Shown here piece by piece: positions 1-8,965 of a stretch of 32,071 nt of DNA (positions are counted from its first letter, which is position 1; each line of letters starts with the position of its first letter). The notes beneath the pieces are model-generated. The model had not been told where the DNA came from, searched no databases, and saw only the letters and a program-made list of their open reading frames with translations. The stretch spans positions 1-32,071 of IMG/VR virus record IMGVR_UViG_3300009661_000071, one strand, 5' to 3'. The position numbers and the translations under genes were made by a program. Origin of the DNA: a virus. Taxonomy: Duplodnaviria > Caudoviricetes.

Positions 1-144
1 TTAGTCGCTGTCTAAACCTAGTTTGCTGGCAAGCCGGTGAACTGCGTACGTCGTCATAAATTCTGCAACGCCTTCTGAGAACTCCGGCCAATGGTTACTT
101 AGAAACCATGCAATGGCTTCCTTTTCTTCGTCTGATAATTCCAT
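1..144 (-). CDS. Small hypothetical protein, 47 aa (MELSDEEKEAIAWFLSNHWPEFSEGVAEFMTTYAVHRLASKLGLDSD)
   Basis: Translated by hand: ATG at 144-142, TAA at 3-1, preceded by AAAGGGGAATGC (SD-like); below the ORF track length cut-off. Confidence 0.6.
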   Translation of the reverse strand: MELSDEEKEAIAWFLSNHWPEFSEGVAEFMTTYAVHRLASKLGLDSD

Positions 145-599
145 GCATTCCCCTTTAATCTGCTGGGGTAATGGTTTGTCATATCTCCCTACAATTCCAA
201 TTGTTATTACAGATCAATCACGTGCCTATCGATCGTTGAAACCGATCGATAAGTTATGACGGAATTCCCCCGGACAATGGCGAAGTGAAAACTGATTCGG
301 TGAGAATGGTACGGGTGCAGGTGCGATCCGTTTGCGATCCAATGCGCACCGTTTTGCAAAAATTAAAAACACTAATGATTTCCCGCATCCCTTGCGGCGC
401 AAGGCTTTCGAGGGATTTACTCATTTTTAATTTCTGCGTACGTCCATCAGTTTGATCGTGACGAAAAGCAAAGAGATCCAAATAAAAACAATCACTTAAT
501 CAGATGGTTAGCAGGCCGCGACCTGCTGAGTTTTGCAAAACGCTGCAAAAGCTTGCGCAGTGTGCAAACGCAGCTCATGCGTAGAACCCCAGACACCGC

Positions 600-695
600 G
601 CGGGCTGGCGGGGTGGTTTGCTCAAAATTTCTTTTGCAAATTTTTTGCGATCCAAATCGTGCAGGCGGGTGCGGTGTAGCGCCGTTTCCGTCTAG
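600..695. other. Putative cos (packaging) region
   Basis: G-rich GGGCTGGCGGGG (602-613) and GCAGGCGGGTGCGGTGTAGCGCC (661-683) resemble P2-family cos ends; the position after the last tail gene matches HP1-like phages; TTTGCAAA palindromes nearby. Confidence 0.45.
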
Positions 696-750
696 TATGC
701 GCTTCCGTGTGCGGGTTTCTGCTGCGGCTGTGGGGCGTGGCTGGACGAAC

Positions 751-779
751 GAAAAGAAGGCCGAACAGTGTCGGCCTTT
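751..779 (-). terminator. Rho-independent terminator of the late tail operon
   Basis: AAGGCCGA-N6-TCGGCCTT hairpin (757-778) followed on the - strand by CTTTTCGTT, about 55 bp after the 835 stop. Confidence 0.75.
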
Positions 780-834
780 GGGTACTGCGTTCAATGGTGG
801 GCGTTACAGATCGTTTTACACGATGATGGGAAAA

Positions 835-2535
835 TCAGGCTATCAGTGGGGCGTACTTCTTGCGCAGCGTATCGGTTTTACCGGCGATCGTAGTGAACTG
901 TGCAGCCTGTTGACTTGCGCCGGTGCTAGGGTGGGTATGGGTGGCGACAAGCTTCGCCAGTTCGTTGACGACCGTCAGCGTATCGGTCAGCAAGGTGAGG
1001 ACGTTGATTTCGTCGGTACCCAGTTTGACCACGGGCGCAATCAGCTGTTGTGCCTGGGCTACGCTGCGGCGTATGCCGGTGATTTTCTCGGTGAGGGTTC
1101 CCCCGACCGACATCGAAGCATTGCCGGTGATGTTGTCGTCCAGATTGCCCCCGACCGCGCGGTTGGCATCTTTACCGCATGACAGGGTCATATTACCCGA
1201 TGTGCCGATGCTGTAATCCCCCTCGCTGACATGAACAACGGCACCCGCCAGAAGTGTGGCCGTACCCAGTACGATGGTTTTATCCGTGGCCTGGACGGTG
1301 GTTTCGCGGGCTACCAGCGTGCGGGTTTCATCGTCGGCTGTGATTATCCGACTCATGGAGATTTCGCGGATGGTCTGGTCTGTCTGGCGTTCCCAGTCAC
1401 CGGCGACGGTCACGCGCTGCGATACGCCGTCACGCTGTTGTTGCAGCTGTTCACCTGGCTTAACCGATGGCAGGTTTTGCCCCTGCGGCATACTTTGGCG
1501 CACGAACGGCTTGTCCGGGCGGCCATCGGTAAAGCCCACTTCCACCAGCGTGCCGGGAGGCGGAAATTGAAACATCCCGGATTCGCTTCCGGCCATCGGT
1601 ACCGGTAGCGGCACGGCGGGATAAACCGGCGTATCGACTGCGGGGTTACCGTCTGCGTCAAGCAGCTGCAAATCGACGGCGTAGCGAGGGCGGAATGGGT
1701 CGGCAATATTTCCACTGCTGACGTCTTCACTCGGCGCCTCTACCCTGGCGAATTTTGGCAGATGCAGCCCGGAGGCGAGTTCCGGGAACGCGCCTTCTAC
1801 CTGGCGTTGTACAGGCGTTTTTTGCAATGCCTGGCCGGTGGCTTTGTTGCGTGGTTGCCAGAAAATCGCCATATCGTCGTTATCAAGACGCACCTGATTC
1901 AGCCGCTGGCCGTTCACCTCGGCGCCGGGGCGTAAACTTTGGATCATGGGAACGGTCATGGAGTTGCCGCCCGCCGTTGCCTTGCTAAATTCACCGGGAA
2001 TTTCTACCGGCTTACCCGCAAACATACTGTGCTGGGCTGCGCCAACAAAGACGGCGCCGTCCGGCAGCTGGTACCAGAGGTAATCCGTGATGGAGAACGC
2101 ACGGCCCAGATTTGCAAAAAGCTGGTACCCGGTGCCGCTGTGGGTGAAGTGGGGGATCGGCTTATCGGCATAGGCGGCGCCTGTCGGCGGTGCAACCGTT
2201 AACCCGCTCTGTTCACTAATCCAATCAGTAATCTGTCGAAGGGTCGGATGCTGGAATGAGCACGGCCACGGCTTATCAAAAATACCGATGAGTTCACGGA
2301 CGAAAAGTCTTTGCGTGCCGTTCTCTGCGGGCTGCGACCTGACGACGTAACCGGTAAACCAGCGCAGGACAAGCCCGTCGTAGCCAATGTCTAAGCGCAC
2401 CATTTTGCCGGTGTAATCATTATCAGTTTGGGCCGTGATAAATCCCCGACCGCACGCATTTATCTCGAGCATCAGAGTGACGTCGACCAGGTGCACGGTA
2501 TCACTGGAAAGGTACAGGCGTTTTATTGGTTTCAT
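835..2535 (-). CDS. Baseplate hub/spike protein (gpD-like hub fused to gpV-like spike; last tail gene of HP1-like phages)
   Basis: 566 aa; last gene of the tail operon; OB-fold-like FPPPGTLVEVGFTDGRPDKPFV segment, Ser/Thr/Gly-rich beta-helix-like repeats, C-terminal HTH(P) metal-binding motif. Confidence 0.75.
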   Translation of the reverse strand: MKPIKRLYLSSDTVHLVDVTLMLEINACGRGFITAQTDNDYTGKMVRLDIGYDGLVLRWFTGYVVRSQPAENGTQRLFVRELIGIFDKPWPCSFQHPTLRQITDWISEQSGLTVAPPTGAAYADKPIPHFTHSGTGYQLFANLGRAFSITDYLWYQLPDGAVFVGAAQHSMFAGKPVEIPGEFSKATAGGNSMTVPMIQSLRPGAEVNGQRLNQVRLDNDDMAIFWQPRNKATGQALQKTPVQRQVEGAFPELASGLHLPKFARVEAPSEDVSSGNIADPFRPRYAVDLQLLDADGNPAVDTPVYPAVPLPVPMAGSESGMFQFPPPGTLVEVGFTDGRPDKPFVRQSMPQGQNLPSVKPGEQLQQQRDGVSQRVTVAGDWERQTDQTIREISMSRIITADDETRTLVARETTVQATDKTIVLGTATLLAGAVVHVSEGDYSIGTSGNMTLSCGKDANRAVGGNLDDNITGNASMSVGGTLTEKITGIRRSVAQAQQLIAPVVKLGTDEINVLTLLTDTLTVVNELAKLVATHTHPSTGASQQAAQFTTIAGKTDTLRKKYAPLIA

Positions 2536-2542
2536 GGCTCAG

Positions 2543-3085
2543 TTATCCCAGGGCATCATTCACAGGTTTTAAAACTTTCTGTTCAAACCAACTCATTTTG
2601 TCTTTGTCTTCATCGGCGGATGCCGAACCGTTCGCCCCTTCTGCGCCGGTTTGCTTCGTGCTGGCCGTGGCGTTCGCCTTTCGTGCCTGGCGTTTTTCCG
2701 GGACGCTGCCTTTTTCGCGCAGGGTGAAACTGACCTGCCAGGCGAGAATGTCTTCCTGCGGTGTGGCATCAATCTGGCCGGTGAATGTGCCTTCGCGAAA
2801 GTTGATGGCCGTCGCCGTTTCGTTGGCGATTCGGTACGTTTTGAGGGCGCCGCTGGATTCGGTCGCCGAGGCAATTTGAAAAAGTCGCTGTAACACGGTC
2901 TGATTGTCGAAGGTGATCAGACCGGAGACGCGCAGCTCTTTGGCTTTAATACCTTGTTCGGCATTGGCCGTGCTGGACGTCTGCCCCGACTGGTCTTTTT
3001 CCTGAAACTGCATCGACGGCGAAACCAGCATGTTTTGCATCGCAATGCCTTCCCCATCAAGGGCGAGTAGCGCGGTCTGGCTCAT
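2543..3085 (-). CDS. Tail/baseplate-associated protein (HP1-like conserved)
   Basis: 180 aa; overlaps the upstream gene; synteny with HP1-like tail ends. Confidence 0.65.
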   Translation of the reverse strand: MSQTALLALDGEGIAMQNMLVSPSMQFQEKDQSGQTSSTANAEQGIKAKELRVSGLITFDNQTVLQRLFQIASATESSGALKTYRIANETATAINFREGTFTGQIDATPQEDILAWQVSFTLREKGSVPEKRQARKANATASTKQTGAEGANGSASADEDKDKMSWFEQKVLKPVNDALG

Positions 3086-3782
3086 GTAACATTTTCTCCA
3101 AATCGGCCAGGGAATCCCCGGTGAACATCATGGCGGCGGTATGCACGGCGGTAGTGAGCGGAATGTTTTTTAATATCTCGACGGCGCCGGTGTTGTGATT
3201 TCCGCTATGGGTAAAGGCCCACACTTTCGCGCTGGCTCCTTTGAGTTCTTCCAGTCCCTGACTCACGGCGGATAACAATCCAGCGCGGGCCTGGACAAAA
3301 CCGGCCAGCTGTTGTTTCAATCCTGCTGTACTGCTGGTAACGGCGGCGGCCAGCTGCGCGGCGGCGACGCGCTGGGCGTTCACGGCGGCTCTGTTCGTCG
3401 GTACAGAAAGAGGCGCAGCGGCGGGCAGGGCGTTGGCTACTTTGGCAGGCAGCTGCATTTTTACGGCGCTTAACTCGGCAGCGGCTTTCGCCATTCTGCT
3501 GACCTGGGTAAATGCGGGCGCAGGAAAAACGGTGGCGAGACTGCTTAGTCCCTGCATAAATGCGTCATGCGTATTCTCGGCAATCATCAGGACGATCACA
3601 TCGCCATTGCCCCCGCTGGATGCCAGTTTTTTTGCGAGGTAGCCCAGCGCATTGGCCGGGCTGAGATAACCGCCTGAGTCTGCCGATTGCCCCAGTCCAT
3701 AAACCCACGGGTGCGCGGGTACCACGGCGCAGGACAGCGCAGCCATATCATCGGCTATCTGGATAATCGACTCTCGCCACAT
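3057..3782 (-). CDS. Conserved phage tail-region protein
   Basis: 241 aa; TAATG coupling with the tail fibre assembly gene; VHPW-like motif (PAHPWVYG) typical of this HP1-like gene. Confidence 0.65.
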   Translation of the reverse strand: MWRESIIQIADDMAALSCAVVPAHPWVYGLGQSADSGGYLSPANALGYLAKKLASSGGNGDVIVLMIAENTHDAFMQGLSSLATVFPAPAFTQVSRMAKAAAELSAVKMQLPAKVANALPAAAPLSVPTNRAAVNAQRVAAAQLAAAVTSSTAGLKQQLAGFVQARAGLLSAVSQGLEELKGASAKVWAFTHSGNHNTGAVEILKNIPLTTAVHTAAMMFTGDSLADLEKMLHEPDRATRP

Positions 3783-4300
3783 TACTGCGGTGCCTCCGGC
3801 CAGGTAATATCCGGTGCGGTCGATAAATCCAGACGGTTAAGGGCGACACGGTATTTTTTCCAGGCTTTCAGCGTCGCCAGTTCGTCGTCTGTGACATCGT
3901 CAACGTCGACGGCATCTTGTAACGGTGCAATAGCGATTGCGGCTTGTGCCAGCAATGCACTTTTATGCTGCTCCGCTACATCAGTTGCCACCGGCTCAAA
4001 CTTAATAAATTTACCGCCCTGATAGCTGTAGGTCTGCTCCGCGATATCAGACGGCAATTTTTTTGCCGAAATCTCATAAACGCTGACGCCTTCGGATAGC
4101 GTCATAAAGTTTGGATCTGCCGACCAGGTGTTGATTAATCCATCCCGTCCCACCGCGATAAAGGGGTTTTTACCTTTCCAGTTTTCATCGCGCACGGTGT
4201 ACCAGTCATTACCGTCTTCATCTTCGAAATAGAGAACCGGGAGCGGTAAGCTTTCTTCTAATACCTGTTTGGAAATTCTGATGTTTTTAAATGTGATCAT
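3782..4300 (-). CDS. Tail fibre assembly chaperone (Tfa family)
   Basis: C-terminal IAPLQDAVD...[28 protein letters not shown] is the Tfa signature; directly follows the fibre gene. Confidence 0.9.
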   Translation of the reverse strand: MITFKNIRISKQVLEESLPLPVLYFEDEDGNDWYTVRDENWKGKNPFIAVGRDGLINTWSADPNFMTLSEGVSVYEISAKKLPSDIAEQTYSYQGGKFIKFEPVATDVAEQHKSALLAQAAIAIAPLQDAVDVDDVTDDELATLKAWKKYRVALNRLDLSTAPDITWPEAPQ

Positions 4301-4301
4301 G

Positions 4302-6860
4302 TTAATTACCTACTTGTCGCCATCCGCCGCTGGCCGTTCTGACCATTAAAGCGCGGTAATATTTTCCCATTGTTCGGGCGTCCCCTAAATCGACGCGGTT
4401 TTTTATCCCTGTCATGAAACAGCCTGTCGGTGCTTCCCAATCGGCCTGTGCAACAAAGGAACCGTTCTCCAGTGCCTGACTGCCGCGCTGTACGTCGTAG
4501 ACATAGCGGTTATCACCGTAGGCATAAATATCATTACGTAAATCGCTATTCGCCCAATTGCGAGTTCCCGAAATTTCGTTTTGCAGCTGCTCTCTGGTGG
4601 GCAGGACAACAACGCCATTGGTGATTGAGTGACGTATATAAGGATCATTTGCATTGCCCGAAACAAAACCAACCGTAGTGGACGTATCACGGTAGATATA
4701 CCGGCCATCAGATTCCGTTTTGGTATATGAATCTCTTTGTGGTGGCGGAAATTTAGTGGTGTAAACCTCCCCCATGTCGGAGGCATCCACCTGAATTTTG
4801 ACCTTCGCCCCCGTCCAGCCGATATAGACTTTATTAGTCTGCATACCTACACCGCCGCCTTGCTGAACGGCGGCAAAATTCCCGACAAGTGCCAGCCCAA
4901 CATCAGCAGATGTTGGTTTATTTGCCTGACCGTACATTTCATTCCAGGCAGACCAGGGGCCATCTGTGCCGTTCCATGCTCCGGTGGCGTATCGGGTGAA
5001 CTGCCGCCCGTTACTGTTAAAGGCAATTTGCTGCGTGGCATTCGGCCCCCAGGTAACGAAAATAACCCCGACAAAACCATTCATCGGATAGCCTTTTTCC
5101 GTCGTTGCTGCCGCAACGCCTGGCACGCCGTAATGCCCAAACATGGCACTGCCGCGAAGCGTGTTTGGTGAATCCGTCGCCGTTAAGTTTTCGCGAATTT
5201 TAAACGCCTTGGCGATTTCATCGGCCAACGCTTTTTCACTGGCGGCGCTTTGCGCTGCCGTCCATGCTCCTACGTCTGCGGCTGTCGGTTTATTGTTCGC
5301 GCTGTAGGTTGGCACCCAGTCTTTCCATGGACCATCTACGCCGTTCCAGTCACCGGACAATCCGCGATTCCAGATATTGCCGGTGAAAGTCACGTACATC
5401 TGCTGGCATCCGTAGGCGCTCGGCGTCACATACAGCGTCCCGGCAATAGCCTGCGGATAATGCAGCGCGGCGTTCGCGTTCACATTTTTAGGCTGCGAAT
5501 AAATCGCCGTGCCTGAAATGCCGCTGGCAAAACCCAGCGTATTGATATCGGTGGTTGTCAAAATAGCCGTGGGTACGTTGACGGAATTGACCGCGCTTAT
5601 TTGCACCCACTCACGCCATGGTCCATCGCTGCCATTCCAGGAGGCGTTCAGGGCACGCGTCCACACCATCCCGGTATTTTGTACGGTGTAACGCTGCAAA
5701 ACTCCGCCCGTCCAGGAGGCGGGGATCACCTCCAACACTCCCGCCGCCTGCGAACCTGCCGGATAGCCATTCGCTAGCGTGGCATTTGCGCCCGTGCTTT
5801 GTACATAAACACCAATATTTGCCAGATTCAGTGTGTTGATATTTGTCGTACCCAGCACGGCGGATGCTACAGGCAGCGCCCCGACGTCTGCGGCAGTCAG
5901 GTCAAAATCATCCGATAGGGCTTTCTTATTGATTTTGCGAGTTTTCGGCACGCCGTTTAAATTATTCAGCGCTATGGCTGGATCAGCGATATCGGTGAGG
6001 TTTTTATCCCTGCGCAGATATTGGCTGCTGCCCTTTGGACGTAAGTCTGTGATAACGCCGTTCGCGTCAATACTCGCCAGGGCAAAGACATAGTGCGCGA
6101 TGCCGTTGGTGGTGTAGTCGGCAAGCGTGGCCGCGACGGTGAATTTAATGTCCGTTTTAAACGCGCTGGTCAGCGTGCCCTGGTAGCTGACGTCTGCCCA
6201 GACTTTGGTCGGCTTTGCCGACACGGCAACGTTTTGATTTGCCGCCAGCGCCGCGCGAAGCCCTCCTATGTACCCTAAACCCTTGGTCACAAAATACTGG
6301 GTGCCGGTTTTTGCCACTAAAAAGCCGTTATCGAAAAACGCACCGGCGCCGTAAATATCCAGCGCGTTCAGGCGATCGGCTTCATCCATCCCGGCCAGGC
6401 GGGCGGTAAAATCAATCTGCCACGTCTCTGCCGGGGTGGTGATGCTCGTCGCTGTCTGTGCGCCGCTGTATTCCATCAGCATTGAGCGCACCAGGACGTT
6501 GCCCTGTTGGCCGCTGGCATTTTTGACTTTGCGCTGCGTCGGGGCGTGAATAATCATGGCGAGCGTGCCGCTGGCCTTATTAATCAGCCCAATCCAGTTG
6601 AAATCGAAATCCCCCACGTCGGCGCCCAGCGTGACCGAATACACCACGGCATTCGTATTGACTACGCCGGTTTTGCCCACTGTCTGACGATAAACAATCT
6701 TATCGGCGGCGGGGATGCCTTCGGTGTTGCTGATAGGTTTTGTAACGTCCAGACCAGGCACGTTCGCAAAAATAAATTCGTCGAGCGTGACGGCTTTGTT
6801 ATCGACCGCTTGCTGCGCTTTCCACTGGGTAAACGCTTTGGTAATGACCGCTTGTGACAT
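4302..6860 (-). CDS. Tail fibre protein
   Basis: 852 aa; N-terminal baseplate anchor ([25 protein letters not shown]), KPTAADVGA repeats, three knob-like repeats ending WNGxDGPWxxW. Confidence 0.93.
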   Translation of the reverse strand: MSQAVITKAFTQWKAQQAVDNKAVTLDEFIFANVPGLDVTKPISNTEGIPAADKIVYRQTVGKTGVVNTNAVVYSVTLGADVGDFDFNWIGLINKASGTLAMIIHAPTQRKVKNASGQQGNVLVRSMLMEYSGAQTATSITTPAETWQIDFTARLAGMDEADRLNALDIYGAGAFFDNGFLVAKTGTQYFVTKGLGYIGGLRAALAANQNVAVSAKPTKVWADVSYQGTLTSAFKTDIKFTVAATLADYTTNGIAHYVFALASIDANGVITDLRPKGSSQYLRRDKNLTDIADPAIALNNLNGVPKTRKINKKALSDDFDLTAADVGALPVASAVLGTTNINTLNLANIGVYVQSTGANATLANGYPAGSQAAGVLEVIPASWTGGVLQRYTVQNTGMVWTRALNASWNGSDGPWREWVQISAVNSVNVPTAILTTTDINTLGFASGISGTAIYSQPKNVNANAALHYPQAIAGTLYVTPSAYGCQQMYVTFTGNIWNRGLSGDWNGVDGPWKDWVPTYSANNKPTAADVGAWTAAQSAASEKALADEIAKAFKIRENLTATDSPNTLRGSAMFGHYGVPGVAAATTEKGYPMNGFVGVIFVTWGPNATQQIAFNSNGRQFTRYATGAWNGTDGPWSAWNEMYGQANKPTSADVGLALVGNFAAVQQGGGVGMQTNKVYIGWTGAKVKIQVDASDMGEVYTTKFPPPQRDSYTKTESDGRYIYRDTSTTVGFVSGNANDPYIRHSITNGVVVLPTREQLQNEISGTRNWANSDLRNDIYAYGDNRYVYDVQRGSQALENGSFVAQADWEAPTGCFMTGIKNRVDLGDARTMGKYYRALMVRTASGGWRQVGN

Positions 6861-6869
6861 GTTGTTCCC

Positions 6870-7460
6870 CTACAAACTCGCGCTATACGTTGCGCTTAAT
6901 TCGGTGTTGATGTCGCCCAGGCTGGCCGGGTAACAAATATATTCACCCTGATACCAACCGATGTTGATATGCAGGGGCAGCGAGGTGATCACCTCAAACT
7001 GATAGCGTCGGCAGGTGCGGCCATATTTGCGGATAATCTCTAAAAGGAGATCGCTGTTATCCGCAACCTGGCTATCAGTCACCCGCACGACGATGACGTC
7101 CCAGTCCAGCCCGTCCTGACGCTCCAGCAATTCGACATAGCCAATGCCCAGACGGCTGAATATTGCGATAAACCCGGCAATCTCCCCGGCGTCTTGAGCA
7201 TTGATAAAGGCGTAATTCACACGCTTGCGGTAGAGGCTCAACGGCTCTCCGTTAAACCGGGTGATGTCGCGTTCCCAGGCAAGCAGGTTTAACAGCGGTT
7301 CGGCACAGGTGAGCGGATCAAACTGTTTGAGCGGCCAGGTTACCCACTCGTAAACCTGTGACCAAAAGCGGACGCTTGCCCGGAGTAATTTCGCGGGTTC
7401 GCCTGCATCCATCCATGACGGCAGTTTCAGGCTTTTAAGCTGGGTCAGGAAATCAGTCAT
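6870..7460 (-). CDS. Baseplate/tail protein, P2 gpI-like
   Basis: LLNLLAWERDITRF, YGRTCRRY motifs; lies between baseplate J and the fibre gene. Confidence 0.85.
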   Translation of the reverse strand: MTDFLTQLKSLKLPSWMDAGEPAKLLRASVRFWSQVYEWVTWPLKQFDPLTCAEPLLNLLAWERDITRFNGEPLSLYRKRVNYAFINAQDAGEIAGFIAIFSRLGIGYVELLERQDGLDWDVIVVRVTDSQVADNSDLLLEIIRKYGRTCRRYQFEVITSLPLHINIGWYQGEYICYPASLGDINTELSATYSASL

Positions 7461-8637
7461 TGCGGATCTCCACGGTCAGCCCGGCCAGACGCGGGACGGA
7501 AAGTTCGCTGATAATGTCGGCCAGTGAAAAACTCAGCGAGTCGATAACCGGAAACGTTTTATGTAATTCGCGGCCCAGATTGGAAAAGGAGAAGCGAGCG
7601 TAAGGCCAGGTCTTTTTGACCTCATAGTTGGCATTTTCCCGAAAGGCGCAGCGGATCAAGTTGGTCACGCCGGATTGCAGTTCGGCCAGTTCTTCCGAAG
7701 TCATGTTCTCTTTACTCAGCACATACACCGTCACGGCCAGCGTGTGCGTGGTGTCAGGCATGGCGAAACACTGCAAATCATCGCCGTGGCCGTGGTGGCC
7801 CTGGCTGTTAATGTAGTCATTCACCGCGTCGATAAAGGGCTGCGACGTCTCGCCGCTGTCGAGCAGCAAATAGGCGTTGGCGGTACCGGGGCCGCGCGGG
7901 GCATCGTGCAAAAAGAAAATGCGGTCCACGCTCAGGCCCACCACGCTGGCAATCATGCTGCGGTAAATGGCGTCCGTGTGGTAGTTGCCCACCAGGTTAA
8001 ACTGGTTGCGGGTTCGGTCGCGTAGCTCGTCGTCGGTTTCTTCATCGGCGCCCGGCGTGGTCAGCCAGTCATCTTCATTGACCACGCTGGCGATACCGGC
8101 CACGGCGATCGGCAAAATGCGGTAATAGCCCGGTGCGAGGTTGTAACCCGTTCCGTTACCCGTGGCGGTGACGTCGATTAAGCCGCTTTCAACACCGGCT
8201 GGCAGGGTAACGTCGCGGTTCACACTCAACCCATACACCACGCCGTTGATGCGCTCCGTCTGGATAAGTGTTCCCGCGTTAATGGTCACGGCATTGGCGG
8301 CGGTGGTTTTGTAAAAACGGATGACGCCCGCCGCCGCGCTGGCCGGTTTGGCTTCGATGTTCACCGCCCAGGCGAGAAGGCGCAGCATCGGGCCGGTGGC
8401 CGTCGCGACAAACATATTGGTTAACACGACCTGGACTAACACGTCTTTCAGCCACAGCACCGGCGTGCTGACGATTTTTTGAATAAGCCGCCAGAACGGG
8501 GACATGCGCGACGTATTGGTCACATAATTTTCATCTTTTACGATGGCTTTAAATGCCGTGTCGATTTCGGCTTCGGTGGTCGGCATCCCGCTGTCGCGCA
8601 ATACCTGCTCAAAATCAACGGTCGGTTTCTCAGTCAT
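7453..8637 (-). CDS. Baseplate J/gp47 family protein
   Basis: 394 aa; PGADEETDDELRDR and PRGPGTANAY motifs. Confidence 0.92.
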   Translation of the reverse strand: MTEKPTVDFEQVLRDSGMPTTEAEIDTAFKAIVKDENYVTNTSRMSPFWRLIQKIVSTPVLWLKDVLVQVVLTNMFVATATGPMLRLLAWAVNIEAKPASAAAGVIRFYKTTAANAVTINAGTLIQTERINGVVYGLSVNRDVTLPAGVESGLIDVTATGNGTGYNLAPGYYRILPIAVAGIASVVNEDDWLTTPGADEETDDELRDRTRNQFNLVGNYHTDAIYRSMIASVVGLSVDRIFFLHDAPRGPGTANAYLLLDSGETSQPFIDAVNDYINSQGHHGHGDDLQCFAMPDTTHTLAVTVYVLSKENMTSEELAELQSGVTNLIRCAFRENANYEVKKTWPYARFSFSNLGRELHKTFPVIDSLSFSLADIISELSVPRLAGLTVEIRND

Positions 8638-8965
8638 AGTTCATTCCCTGGCTAACCTGGCCGAAATCGTAGGTTTCGGCAGTGATGTAAAGGCGCGACA
8701 AGCTTTCTTCGGTGATCACAATCGTGCCGGGTATCAGGCGGGTGTCACTTTCTACCAGCAAGGTCAGCTGCGTGAGGACGTCGCCGCGCATGGTCGGGCT
8801 GCGTTCGCCTATCAGTTTGGCGGTGATGCCGCTTTCTAAGATGCTGTGAATAATGTCCTGGCCGATGCTGACGCGGTTGTTGCACAGCTGCGGCTCGTTG
8901 CCGCTGTCGAGCGTGAAATCCCGGCCAGTAATCAGCAAATCAATGTAAATCGGGGCGTCGCTCAT
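8630..8965 (-). CDS. Baseplate wedge protein (DUF2590/gpW-like)
   Basis: YIDLLI...SIGQDIIHSILESG...LVESDTRLIPGT; start re-assigned to the ATG at 8965, which overlaps the tape-measure stop. Confidence 0.8.
   Translation of the reverse strand: MSDAPIYIDLLITGRDFTLDSGNEPQLCNNRVSIGQDIIHSILESGITAKLIGERSPTMRGDVLTQLTLLVESDTRLIPGTIVITEESLSRLYITAETYDFGQVSQGMNYD

Noticed and set aside
190-215. Possible LexA box upstream of the 47-aa ORF
   Set aside because: The - strand CTGTAATAACAATTGG lacks the ACAG half-site
254-1182. ORFs 254-481, 492-794 and 553-1182
   Set aside because: They cross the cos-like region, the terminator or the antisense strand of the hub gene; no convincing SD or protein motifs
4302-6860. 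Possible DGR or invertible tail-fibre system
   Set aside because: No reverse transcriptase, invertase, second fibre tip or adenine-specific repeat pair seen; the repeats are diverged at many positions
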